DNA of 64,000 bases from an uncultured Anaerolineales bacterium (lineage in GTDB: Bacteria > Chloroflexota > Anaerolineae > Anaerolineales > UBA6663). Positions 21,499 through 30,080 of the stretch are shown here, in pieces (positions within the stretch are counted from its first letter, which is position 1; each line of letters opens with the position of its first letter). The DNA lies in assembly GCA_937952305.1 (NCBI GenBank), contig CALFZO010000053.1, positions 14,401 to 78,400 of the forward strand, written 5' to 3'. The notes under the pieces are model-generated. The model was not told the DNA's origin. It did not search any database and saw nothing but the letters and a program-made list of their open reading frames with translations. The position numbers and the translations under genes are program-made.

Positions 21499-23628
21499 TC
21501 AGCGGACGGGCAGCGCGGCGCTGCCGTTCGCGGCCGCCGCCTGAGCCGGCCGACGATGACCGGTCTCGAGGGAGGCCAGCGGCGGCGGGCTGGCGGCGGC
21601 TCCGGCCGACCATTGAAATTGCGCCACAACTTCGCGCAGGGCGCTGGCTTGTTGCGCCAGGGTCTGAGCAGAGGCGGAGAAGGCCTCCACCTGCGTGTGC
21701 ACGTCCGTGGCCGACGTGGAGACGGCCTGCACGGCCGCACTGGTCTGCGCGCTGACCTCGGCAATGGCGTCAATGGACACTGAGACTGTGGCCGCATTGG
21801 TCGTCATCGCTTCCGTGGCGGCCGTATTGGACGTGACCACGTCTGAGACGGCCTCGACCGCAGTGACCACATCGGCGGAGGCTTCCCGCATCATCAGCGT
21901 GGCCGCCAGCGCCTCCTCCGCCTGGGCGTTGACAGCCTGGACGGTCTCCATGATCTGGGTGAGCGCCGCGCCGGCGGCATGGGCGCGAGCGACGCCGTCC
22001 TCCACCTCATGCGCACCGGATTCCATGGCCGTGACGGCTTGCTCCATCACGGCGCGGATGTCGCGCACCAGGCCGCCGATCTCCTTCGTCGACGCGGTGG
22101 CGCGCTCGGCCAGTTTGCGCACTTCGGCCGCCACCACGGCAAACCCCTGGCCGTGCTCGCCAGCCCGGGCTGCCTCGATGGCGGCGTTGAGGGCCAGCAG
22201 GTTGGTCTGAGCGGCGATATCGCCGATGGTCTCCACGATCGCGCCGATCTGCTCCGAGCGCCGCCCCATTTCGCGCACGCTCCCGGCCGAGGCGCCGACC
22301 GTGACGCGGATCGCGTCCATGCTCTTGATCGTAGCCGCCACCGTGTCCGCGCCCTCGCGGGCGGCCGCGGCGGCCTGGATCGAGTCGCGCGTGACGACTT
22401 CGGCGTTGTCGGCCACCTTCTCCACCATCTGGGTGATTTGGTCCACGACCTGAGACGCCCGAGCCACGGCTGCCGCCTGCGCGCGGGCGCCCTGGGCGAC
22501 GCCGTCGATGGCCTGACGCACCTCGGACATGGACGCCGTGGTGGCGGCCACGCTCTCGGCCTGATGCAGCGTGCCATCCGCGATCTGTTGGATGGTGGTC
22601 GCGATCTGGGCGGTCGCCTGGTCGGCCTCGCCGGAGGCTGCCGCCAGCTGGTCGGCGGCCCCATCCAGGCGGGTTGCGCTCTCGGCGACGCGCGCAATGA
22701 CGGCGTGCAGAGCAGCCGCCATCGTCGCCAGGGCTTGGCCAAAGACATCCCCAGCCGAGCGCGGCGTCACCACGACCGTCAAATCCTGGCGGGCCAGGCG
22801 GTTCGCGGCCCCCGCCGCCGCCTGCAGATAGGCGACGAGGTCGGCGAAGGCGCTGGCCATGAGGCCGACTTCGTCGTGCGTGACCGCCGGCAGGCTGACC
22901 GCCAGGTCGCCGCGCGCCAGTTGTTGCGTGGCGGCGGTCAGCCGGACCACCGGCGCCGAAATCCAGCGCGCCAGCAGGGCAGCCAGACCCAAGGCGGCGA
23001 GGCTGGCCGCCAGGCCGATGATCAGGATCTGGGTGTACAACTGGGACGTCAGCGCTTGCGCGCTCTGGTTGGAAAGCTCGGCGAAGCGGTAGTTGACGGC
23101 GACGAGGTCGTCCAGGGCCGCCCGCATGGCGGCCAAGGCCGCCTCGGCCGCCGCCGCCGACACCGGTTCGCCGGCCAGCAGCGCCGCGCGCTGCGGCGCG
23201 AAGTCCGCATAGGCCCGCTGAAACGCGGCCAGGGCATCCGCTTCTGACTGCTGTAAGGCTAATTCGCCCTGGGCTGCCAGGGTCGCCGTAAACTCAGGGC
23301 TGAGCGTGGTCAGCCATTCGGATTCGTAGCGCGCCAGCACGGCCGTCAGCGCTTCGTCGGCGGCGCGCGCGGCGGCGCGCTGCGCGGCCTGAGCTTCCGG
23401 CGCGCTGTCTGCGTTCGCCACCACCTGCACGGCGACGTTGAGGCGCTCGCGCTCCAGGTTGGCCTGATCCAGATTGATGATCGGGATCAACATGAAGCCA
23501 TACAGGTTGTCGTACTCGGCCTGCAGCCGCCCGAACCCTGTCAGCGCCGCTGCGGTCAGCCCGGACACCGCCAATGGCGTGATGGCCGCCACAAGCATCA
23601 ACTTCCAGATCAGCTTGAGATTGCGCAT
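21499..23628 (-). CDS. Methyl-accepting chemotaxis protein (helical sensor, HAMP, MA)
   Basis: ORF 21499..23817 trimmed to ATG 23628 ([24 protein letters not shown]), with GAGGAGAGG upstream. The discarded N-terminus is R/W/P-rich. Tip motif [34 protein letters not shown]. Confidence 0.9.
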   Translation of the reverse strand: MRNLKLIWKLMLVAAITPLAVSGLTAAALTGFGRLQAEYDNLYGFMLIPIINLDQANLERERLNVAVQVVANADSAPEAQAAQRAAARAADEALTAVLARYESEWLTTLSPEFTATLAAQGELALQQSEADALAAFQRAYADFAPQRAALLAGEPVSAAAAEAALAAMRAALDDLVAVNYRFAELSNQSAQALTSQLYTQILIIGLAASLAALGLAALLARWISAPVVRLTAATQQLARGDLAVSLPAVTHDEVGLMASAFADLVAYLQAAAGAANRLARQDLTVVVTPRSAGDVFGQALATMAAALHAVIARVAESATRLDGAADQLAAASGEADQATAQIATTIQQIADGTLHQAESVAATTASMSEVRQAIDGVAQGARAQAAAVARASQVVDQITQMVEKVADNAEVVTRDSIQAAAAAREGADTVAATIKSMDAIRVTVGASAGSVREMGRRSEQIGAIVETIGDIAAQTNLLALNAAIEAARAGEHGQGFAVVAAEVRKLAERATASTKEIGGLVRDIRAVMEQAVTAMESGAHEVEDGVARAHAAGAALTQIMETVQAVNAQAEEALAATLMMREASADVVTAVEAVSDVVTSNTAATEAMTTNAATVSVSIDAIAEVSAQTSAAVQAVSTSATDVHTQVEAFSASAQTLAQQASALREVVAQFQWSAGAAASPPPLASLETGHRRPAQAAAANGSAALPVR

Positions 23629-23728
23629 CGCGCCTCTCCTCGGGGAGGTACCCGCCGGCCAACGCGCGACGGCCGCCCCTGGGGGTGGCCGTCGCAGAGG
23701 CTGACGCCGTGAGCGATACCCGGGCGGC

Positions 23729-24187
23729 TCAGGCCGCCACCGGCAGATGGTCCAGCGTCGATTGTTCCTGAAGCGACAAAACCTTGCCCAGGTCCAGCAG
23801 GATGACCAGGCGCTCACTGACCTTGGCGATGCCGCGGATGAAAGCCGAGTCCACGGTGGTCACGATCGGCGACGGCGGTTCGATCGCGTCTTCGCTGACG
23901 CGCAGCACTTCGCTGACGCCGTCCACGACGATGCCGACCGTGGCGCCGCCCATCTCGACCACGACGATGCGCATGTCTTTGGTGGCCTCGCCGCGCGCCA
24001 GGCCGAAGCGCTTGCGCAGGTCGATCACCGGCAGCACCTTGCCGCGCAGGTTGGTGACGCCCTCCACGAACTGCGGAGCGCGCGGCACCGCCGTGATCGT
24101 CTGCATCTTGATGATGCCTTCGACTGCGGCGATGTCCACACCATACTGCTCATTGGCGAGGTCAAACACGACGAGTTGGTGCTCCAT
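23729..24187 (-). CDS. cheW: Chemotaxis coupling protein CheW
   Basis: 152 aa: [63 protein letters not shown]. This is the typical CheW-like domain. Confidence 0.95.
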   Translation of the reverse strand: MEHQLVVFDLANEQYGVDIAAVEGIIKMQTITAVPRAPQFVEGVTNLRGKVLPVIDLRKRFGLARGEATKDMRIVVVEMGGATVGIVVDGVSEVLRVSEDAIEPPSPIVTTVDSAFIRGIAKVSERLVILLDLGKVLSLQEQSTLDHLPVAA

Positions 24188-24223
24188 AATCCAGGCTCCT
24201 TTTGACAGTTCTGCGTCCGGCCC

Positions 24224-25129
24224 TCAGGCGGACGCCGTGACACAATTCCGGCCGGCGGCCTTGCTCTGATACAACAACTGGTCGGCGCGCCGCACGAGGC
24301 CGTCCGGCGTATCGTCGGCCGCGCTCAGGGCGGCGCCGATGGAGACGGTCACGCGCAGGACGCCGGCCTCGGTGGACAGCGCCGAACGCTCGATCAGCGC
24401 GCGCAGCTTGTTGGCGACGCCGGCGAGCTGTTGGGGGTCAATCCCCAGCAGCAAGATCATGAATTCCTCGCCGCCCCAGCGGCCGACGAAATCCGTGGCG
24501 CGGACGCTGTGGCGCAGCGTCTCGGCCACCATCTTGAGAACCTCATCGCCAACGTCGTGGCCGTAGGTGTCGTTGACTCGTTTGAAAAGGTCGACGTCGA
24601 CAAACAGCGCCGCGAACGGCATGCCGGTCTCGCGCGCCTCGACCAGACAGGCCTCCAGCTTGCGCCCCAGGAAACGCCGATTGCCCAGCCCGGTCAGCGG
24701 GTCGCGTTCGGCGGTTTCCGCGAGCTGACTGGCGCGTTGCCGGGCCGCGGTCAGGAGCGAGTTATCGCTGAACGATTCGACCGCCCCGACAATCTGGCCG
24801 GAGGCGTCCAGCATCGGCGCCACCCGCACCAGCACCGGCACGCGGTGGCCGCTGCTGTGGCGCAGATAGACCTCGGCTTCCCGCACCGCGCCATCCTGCA
24901 TGGATTGCGCCAGCGGGCAGAGGCTGTGGCACAGAACGCAGCCCTGCTCGTTGACGTGCGAGAGAATGTTATCCGAGCAGGGTCGACCAACGACCTCTTC
25001 AGCGGCGTAACCGGAAATGCGCTCCGCGCCTTTGTTCCAGTACGTGATGGAGCGCTGCCGATCGACGAAGTACACGCCATCGTAGAGGTTATCGAGAACG
25101 CCCTTGTAAAACTCACCCGTATCCGACAT
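24224..25129 (-). CDS. PAS-GGDEF diguanylate cyclase (GGEEF active site, RxxD I-site, Cys-rich PAS core)
   Basis: ORF 24224..25156 trimmed to ATG 25129 (MSDTGEFYKGVLDNLYDGVYFVDRQRSITYWNKGAERISGY). GGDEF domain: DPLTGLGNRRF...DVDLFKRVNDTYGHDVGDEVL...RATDFVGRWGGEEFMILL. Confidence 0.9.
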   Translation of the reverse strand: MSDTGEFYKGVLDNLYDGVYFVDRQRSITYWNKGAERISGYAAEEVVGRPCSDNILSHVNEQGCVLCHSLCPLAQSMQDGAVREAEVYLRHSSGHRVPVLVRVAPMLDASGQIVGAVESFSDNSLLTAARQRASQLAETAERDPLTGLGNRRFLGRKLEACLVEARETGMPFAALFVDVDLFKRVNDTYGHDVGDEVLKMVAETLRHSVRATDFVGRWGGEEFMILLLGIDPQQLAGVANKLRALIERSALSTEAGVLRVTVSIGAALSAADDTPDGLVRRADQLLYQSKAAGRNCVTASA

Positions 25130-25327
25130 CGGCTGTCTCTGACGGCGGTTGCGCACTCTCCGACCCAGCTGTCCGCCGCCGAGGGAGTCGAACCCTCGGC
25201 TTCCGGCACCTGGCGGCTGCCAGGCTTGGTCCTGCCCAGCGGACGGCCGGGCCGGAACGCCGCACTGCTGCGGCGGCTGTTGCTCCCACCGTCTGGCCCA
25301 GAATAGGCGCGTTCATCACCGGCGTCA

Positions 25328-25366
25328 GTAAAGGTCCGCTAAAGACCAGCTAAAGCCGCACTAAAC
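25328..25366. promoter_or_regulatory. Four phased direct repeats (G/C)TAAA(G/C) with exact 11-bp period in the only long gap of the che cluster
   Basis: Plus strand has GTAAAG at 25328, CTAAAG at 25339, CTAAAG at 25350 and CTAAAC at 25361. This is an AT-rich island in a GC-rich context, about 200-240 nt upstream of the PAS-GGDEF start on the minus strand. Confidence 0.4.
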
Positions 25367-25508
25367 AGGGCCGCCCCAGCGGCTGGGCCAGGAGGGGTTG
25401 GCCGGCCCAAGCGGCGCCGATCTAGCCAATTCAAATGGACAGGCGAGCGGAGCCGCTCGGCGGCACAGGCGAAGGGCGCCTGATCCTGGGGGATTTTATG
25501 GACCTGGC

Positions 25509-26033
25509 TTAGTGGCTGTTGACCGACGGGCGGGCAGGCACGGGCAGGGCAGCTGCGGACAGGCCGCGGTTGGCGCCTTCGCGCAGCGCCAGCTGAACCG
25601 TGATCGTGCCGCACTCACCCTGGAAGGGGACAATCAGGCGGGCAAAGTCGAGGGTCGAGATGGTGGCGCCGCGTCCAACCAGCAGCGTGGGCGGCGAGAT
25701 GGTGGCTTCGTATCCGGCCTCGGACAGCTTCACGCTGGCGCGGCCGGTGATCACATTGCCGAGCTCGGCCACGCCGCTCTGGGCCAGGCCGTCGAATTGG
25801 GTCAGAGATTCCCCCAGCATGCGGGAGCTCAAATTGATAGCGGTCGTCTGGCTCATGCTGTAGAACACCGTCCCCTGCACGCGCCCGACCAGGCTGAGGA
25901 TGACGGTGACCTCGTCGGTCACGTAAGGCTGCTTGTCGAGCGACAGATCCCCCCGCGTGACGGCGACCTGGGCCTCGGCCTGCAGGACCTCAAAGGCGGC
26001 ATCGAGGAACGGGTTGAGGAATTTGACGTTCAT
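25509..26033 (-). CDS. cheX: CheX-type CheY-P phosphatase (paralogue 1)
   Basis: 174 aa: MNVKFLNPFLDAAFEVLQAEAQV..., with one S-x3-E-x2-N site (SGVAELGNV). It aligns along its length with the adjacent paralogue. Confidence 0.8.
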   Translation of the reverse strand: MNVKFLNPFLDAAFEVLQAEAQVAVTRGDLSLDKQPYVTDEVTVILSLVGRVQGTVFYSMSQTTAINLSSRMLGESLTQFDGLAQSGVAELGNVITGRASVKLSEAGYEATISPPTLLVGRGATISTLDFARLIVPFQGECGTITVQLALREGANRGLSAAALPVPARPSVNSH

Positions 26034-26572
26034 CAGAGGCCCTTCGAAGCGCCGACCGGCAGCCCTCCTGCGCCAGCCAGCAGCGGCACATGGGCGCTGC
26101 GCCCGTCCGCGGCGCTCTCGCGCAAGGCCAGATGCACGGTGATTTGGCCCAGCTCGCAGGTCAGCGGCACCACGATCCGCGAGAAGTCCAAGGTCGAAAT
26201 CGTCACGCCCTGGCCGAGGATCAGCGTCGGCGGCGAAATCTCGGCGGCCGCACCGGAGTTGGCCAGCTTGATGCTGGCCCGGCCGGTGATGACGTTGCCG
26301 AGTTCGGCCACGCCGCTCTGGGCCAGCCCATCGAACTGCGCGAACTCCTGAGCCATCATGCGCGACACCAGCGCCAGACCGGTGGCCACCGACAGGCCGT
26401 ACAACACCACGCCCTGCACCTGGCCCACCAAGCTGAGCAGCACCGTCACCTCATCGCTCGTCATAGCCGATTTCTGCAGAGTCAGGTTGCCGCGGTTCAG
26501 CCCCACGCCGACCTCAGCCTGGAGGACTTCGGTGGCCGCCTCGACAAACGGATTCAGGAACTTGACGTTCAT
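26033..26572 (-). CDS. cheX: CheX-type CheY-P phosphatase (paralogue 2)
   Basis: 179 aa: MNVKFLNPFVEAATEVLQAEVGV...SGVAELGNVITGRASIKL. Its stop overlaps the next start by 1 nt. Confidence 0.8.
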   Translation of the reverse strand: MNVKFLNPFVEAATEVLQAEVGVGLNRGNLTLQKSAMTSDEVTVLLSLVGQVQGVVLYGLSVATGLALVSRMMAQEFAQFDGLAQSGVAELGNVITGRASIKLANSGAAAEISPPTLILGQGVTISTLDFSRIVVPLTCELGQITVHLALRESAADGRSAHVPLLAGAGGLPVGASKGL

Positions 26573-26601
26573 CTAGTCTCACCTCCGCGCGCCGCGCCGG
26601 C

Positions 26602-27390
26602 TCAGCTGAGGCGCTGATAGAACGAAATGCCGGAACTGCGCAGTCCCAGTTCCTGGGCGCGCGGCACGATCTCGGTACCGCCCACAAACAGGATCCCGCC
26701 TGGGCGCAGCGCTTGCTGGAACTTGCGATACAGATCGGTCTTGGCCGCCTCGGTGAAGTAGATGACCACGTTGCGGCACACGATCAGATCGAAGTCCCCC
26801 TCGAACGCATCCGCCAGCATGTTCTGCTCTTGAAACATGACCCGCTTGGCCAGCGCATCGGTGACGAAGAAGGGTGGGCCGCCCGGCTGGAAGAACTGCT
26901 GGCGCTGTGCGGCCGTGACGTTCTGCACGTCGTCCGCCGAATACGGGCCGCGCGCCCGGGCGCGCGCCAACGCGCCGCGGTCCAAGTCGGTAGCCAGCAG
27001 GGTGTGCCGGCGGCCGGGCGTCTCTTCTTCGAGCAGCATGGCCAGGCTGTACGGCTCCAGGCCGATGGAGCAGCCGGCGCTCCACACGCGCAGACGCTGC
27101 CGCCCGGTCAGCAGCATGGGCAGGATGGTCCGCCGGAGGGCCTGCCAACGCTCCGGGTCACGAAAGAACGCCGACACGTTGATGGTCAGGTAGTCGCGCA
27201 GGCGCGCCAGTTCGGTGGTGTCGGCGCGCAGCCGCTTCAGGTAGTCCGGCCACGTCGGCGCTCCCACGCGCACCAACCACGAATCCAGCCGGCGCTTCAT
27301 CTGCTCATCTTTGTAGTGGTCAAGGTTGATCTGCAGCAAGCTGCGGATGGAGTGCTTGACCAGGCTGTAGACTTCCGCTTCCATACTCAC
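26602..27390 (-). CDS. cheR: Chemotaxis protein methyltransferase CheR
   Basis: 262 aa: LTINVSAFFRDPERWQAL...LRVWSAGCSIGLEPYSLAMLL...FDLIVCRNVVIYF. These are CheR SAM-binding motifs. Confidence 0.95.
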   Translation of the reverse strand: MSMEAEVYSLVKHSIRSLLQINLDHYKDEQMKRRLDSWLVRVGAPTWPDYLKRLRADTTELARLRDYLTINVSAFFRDPERWQALRRTILPMLLTGRQRLRVWSAGCSIGLEPYSLAMLLEEETPGRRHTLLATDLDRGALARARARGPYSADDVQNVTAAQRQQFFQPGGPPFFVTDALAKRVMFQEQNMLADAFEGDFDLIVCRNVVIYFTEAAKTDLYRKFQQALRPGGILFVGGTEIVPRAQELGLRSSGISFYQRLS

Positions 27391-27407
27391 CTTGCGCGCT
27401 GGGCGCG

Positions 27408-28508
27408 CTATTCCCGCACCAGGCGCTCAATCGCGCCAGCCACGTCGGGTAACGGCACGACGACGTCAGCCGCGGCCGCCTCGACCACGCTGCGGGGCAT
27501 CCCCCACACAACGCACGACGACTCATCCTCAGCGATCACGCGTCCGCCCGCGCCGCGAATCAACAGGGCGCCGTTGGTGCCATCCCGGCCCATGCCGGTG
27601 AGCACCACCCCCACCACGGCGCCGCGGTAGCGCTGCGCCACGGACGCCATCGTGACATCAATCGCCGGACGCACGCCGTGCACGGTGGGGTTCTGGTTCA
27701 GGCTGACGCGGTCGTGCGCGTCCAGGGTCATGTGGAAACCGCCGGGGGCCAGCAGCACCTGGCCGGTCTCCGGCGTGTCGCCGGGCTCGGCCTCTTTCAC
27801 CCGCAGGGCCGCCAACTGGTCCAGACGCTCCGCCAGGGAGCGCGTGAAGCCAACCGGCATATGCTGGACGATCACGACCGCCGCCGACAGCGTGGCCGGC
27901 AGCGCGGAGACAACCGTACCCAAAGCGCGCGGCCCACCCGTGGAAGCCCCGATGACCACAACTTTGTCGCGGCCGCTGAGCCGGCGCGTCGTTTTAGGGC
28001 TGGCGCGGTCGCCCTTCGGCGCCGGCGGCGCCGGGGCCGCGGGCGGGGCCGTAATCGCGCGCACGCGCGCCTGAGCTGCCGCGCGGACCTTGGCCACCAC
28101 CTCGTCCATGACGACGCTCATGTTCGCCTTGGCGGCCGGTTTGGCGACGAAGTCCACGGCCCCCCAGGTGAGCGCCTGCACGGTCTCGCGCGCGCCCTCG
28201 GTCGTCAGGCTGCTGAGCATCACCACCGGGCGCGGGTCCGTGGCCATGATCTGCCGGAGCGTGGACAGACCGTCCAGCCGCGGCATTTCCACGTCCAGGG
28301 TGATGACGTCTGGCTGCAGGCGCGGCAGCAGTTCTAACGCCTCGCGGCCATCCCGCGCCACGCCGGCCACCGCTAACCCGGGCGTCTCGCCCAGGTGCTT
28401 GCTGATGGTGAAGCGCATGTAGGCGGAATCGTCCACCACCAACACGCGCACCGGCGCCGCCGGGCCAGATACCGGCGGCCGGGAGGCCGCGGCCTGTACC
28501 GTGGCCAT
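27408..28508 (-). CDS. cheB: Protein-glutamate methylesterase/deamidase CheB (REC + methylesterase)
   Basis: 366 aa. REC: VRVLVVDDSAYMR...VITLDVEMPRLDG. Esterase domain: VVIGASTGGPRAL...VIVQHMPVGFT...TGMGRDG. Confidence 0.95.
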   Translation of the reverse strand: MATVQAAASRPPVSGPAAPVRVLVVDDSAYMRFTISKHLGETPGLAVAGVARDGREALELLPRLQPDVITLDVEMPRLDGLSTLRQIMATDPRPVVMLSSLTTEGARETVQALTWGAVDFVAKPAAKANMSVVMDEVVAKVRAAAQARVRAITAPPAAPAPPAPKGDRASPKTTRRLSGRDKVVVIGASTGGPRALGTVVSALPATLSAAVVIVQHMPVGFTRSLAERLDQLAALRVKEAEPGDTPETGQVLLAPGGFHMTLDAHDRVSLNQNPTVHGVRPAIDVTMASVAQRYRGAVVGVVLTGMGRDGTNGALLIRGAGGRVIAEDESSCVVWGMPRSVVEAAAADVVVPLPDVAGAIERLVRE

Positions 28509-28510
28509 GG

Positions 28511-28867
28511 TTAGCCGAGCGCCTTGGTGATCGCGGCCAAGACGCGGGCCGGCTCGAAGGGCTTGACGACGAAATCCTTGGCGCCGGACTTGATCGCTTC
28601 CAGCACCACCGACTCCTGCCCGAGCGCCGTCAGCATGACCACCCGGGCGTTCGGGTCGCCCGACCGGATCGCCTTGAGGGCGGCCAGGCCGTCCATCTCC
28701 GGCATGGTCACATCCATCAGCACGGCGTCCGGCCGGTGGGCCTTGTACGTGCTGACGGCGACGGCGCCGTTCTCGGCCTCCATAACCTCATGGCCGTTGC
28801 TGACCAGCATCTTGGAGATGCGTACGCGCAGGAACTCGGCATCGTCGACAATTAGAATCTTCGCCAT
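28511..28867 (-). CDS. cheY: Chemotaxis response regulator CheY
   Basis: 118 aa: MAKILIVDDAEFLRVRISKML...AVLMDVTMPEMDGLAALKAIR...DFVVKPF. Confidence 0.95.
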   Translation of the reverse strand: MAKILIVDDAEFLRVRISKMLVSNGHEVMEAENGAVAVSTYKAHRPDAVLMDVTMPEMDGLAALKAIRSGDPNARVVMLTALGQESVVLEAIKSGAKDFVVKPFEPARVLAAITKALG

Positions 28868-28927
28868 CCTCAGTGCTCCCTTCGTCTTCGGCCGGCCGCA
28901 GCCGGCTTCGGTCCAATTTTGCGCGGG

Positions 28928-29428
28928 CTAGAGATCCCGCGTCTCGCTGCCCAATACCCGCACATTCATCCGGCCATTGGCGACGTACAGGCGCACCGTT
29001 CGGCCTTTGTTGCCGCCGACCTCCTCAGCCGAGACGCGCAGCCGCAGGCCAGACAGCGTCGCCCGGGCGGCGGCGATGTTGCGCTCGCCGATGTTGAGCG
29101 CCTGTTTGAAGCTCGACAGCGCCAGCATGTTGGCGCCGCCCACCACGCGCACCACCAACCGGCTGCGCAAGGCCCCCAGCTGTTCCACCGTCTGCAGCAG
29201 CCCGGCGATGCCGCTGTCTACATACTTGGGACACTGCGGATCCGCACCGTTGGTGCGCTCGGGCAGAACGGCATGCAACAAACCGGTCACCCGCGTCAGC
29301 GGGTCATACACCCCCACGGCCACACACGAACCCAGCCCATAAGCCACCAGCACATCGCCGGGCTCGCGACTGACCTTGATTTCGCCCAGGCCTACGGCCA
29401 GACTGTTCCCTTCGATGACCGCTTCCAT
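28928..29428 (-). CDS. cheD: Chemoreceptor glutamine deamidase CheD
   Basis: ORF 28928..29449 trimmed to ATG 29428 (MEAVIEGNSLAVGLGEIKVSREPGDVLVAYGLGSCVAVGVYDP...GLLHAVLP), with GAGGGG upstream. The longer form would overlap the cheC stop at 29439. Confidence 0.9.
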   Translation of the reverse strand: MEAVIEGNSLAVGLGEIKVSREPGDVLVAYGLGSCVAVGVYDPLTRVTGLLHAVLPERTNGADPQCPKYVDSGIAGLLQTVEQLGALRSRLVVRVVGGANMLALSSFKQALNIGERNIAAARATLSGLRLRVSAEEVGGNKGRTVRLYVANGRMNVRVLGSETRDL

Positions 29429-29438
29429 GTCCCCTCGC

Positions 29439-30044
29439 CTATGCCGCAAACGCTGCCAGCGTTGCCGGATCCGGGATCACCCAGAAGTCCAGGTCGACGG
29501 CCCGGTCGTCGCGCATGAGCTGGCCCTGCATCAGCAGCACATGCTCGCCGACACCGCCGCAGACCGCCACAATAATGTCCAGCACAGCGCCGACCATATC
29601 GACCATGACGGCCGGCGGCGAGGGCCGGGCATCCACCTTCAAGCGCTTGGCGATGGCGTTCAGGAAGAAGGTGCCGGTCAGGTTGCCGACCTCCGCCAGG
29701 GCCGAACGCTCGATCGAGCCCAGCTGGGTGGTCGTCCCCGGCGGCTCATCCATCAGCAGGTCGGCCAGTTCCAGGGCCTTCGGATACGGCATGACGAGCA
29801 TGATCTGGCCGGAGATGTCGCCGGTCACCTGCAGGTAGATGCCGACCGCTTCCGACTCAGGCCCGCCCGCCAGGGCCGCGATCTCCGAGATCGGGACCAG
29901 CCGCGCATCCGGGTCCGCCACTGTGATGGTGGCGCCGATCATGCTGGCCAGGCCGTCGGCGGCATTGCGGATCCCTTCCGAGGCCATGATCCGCAGCAGG
30001 TCGTGCAGGCGTTCGTCAAATCCAGCGGTTGCGGTTGCGTTCAT
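29439..30044 (-). CDS. cheC: CheC-type CheY-P phosphatase
   Basis: 201 aa: LLRIMASEGIRNAADGLASMIG...SIERSALAEVGNLTGTFFLNAI. This fits the CheC D/S-x3-E-x2-N signature and N-terminal pseudo-repeat, and the gene sits next to cheD as in Firmicutes/Thermotoga-type clusters. Confidence 0.85.
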   Translation of the reverse strand: MNATATAGFDERLHDLLRIMASEGIRNAADGLASMIGATITVADPDARLVPISEIAALAGGPESEAVGIYLQVTGDISGQIMLVMPYPKALELADLLMDEPPGTTTQLGSIERSALAEVGNLTGTFFLNAIAKRLKVDARPSPPAVMVDMVGAVLDIIVAVCGGVGEHVLLMQGQLMRDDRAVDLDFWVIPDPATLAAFAA

Positions 30045-30080
30045 TCCAGCTCCTTCCCACCTCAGCCATTTCGCCGTGGC

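Noticed and set aside
1-23000. Recurrent nearly identical stretches of about 60-100 nt (for example cagcaggttggtctg.g.ggcgatatcgtcgat.gtctccacgat.gcgccgatctg) seen eight times. These could be interspersed repeats or a CRISPR-like array.
   Set aside because: They coincide exactly with the conserved MCP tip coding sequence ([25 protein letters not shown]) in each MCP gene. Spacing is irregular at 2-3 kb. This is protein-level conservation, not a repeat element.
25170-25244. Possible minus-strand tRNA. It has a perfect T-arm (GAGGG-TTCGACT-CCCTC, plus coordinates 25181-25197) inside a 75-nt span whose ends (GTCCGCT and GGCGGAC) can pair like an acceptor stem.
   Set aside because: I could not fold a cloverleaf. 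Three extra nt separate the T-stem from the acceptor strand. The only central stem is a CCTGGC/GCCAGG hairpin with a 4-nt loop, so there is no 7-nt anticodon loop. There is no D-loop GG and no CCA. It is probably a chance or tRNA-like hairpin in the GGDEF 5' region. tRNAscan-SE or Infernal would settle it.
25444-25482. Two GC hairpins just downstream of the cheX stop, as an intrinsic terminator.
   Set aside because: The stems are short and the downstream T-tract is weak (ccatttgaattgg). I mention them only as context in the gap finding and do not call them as a feature.
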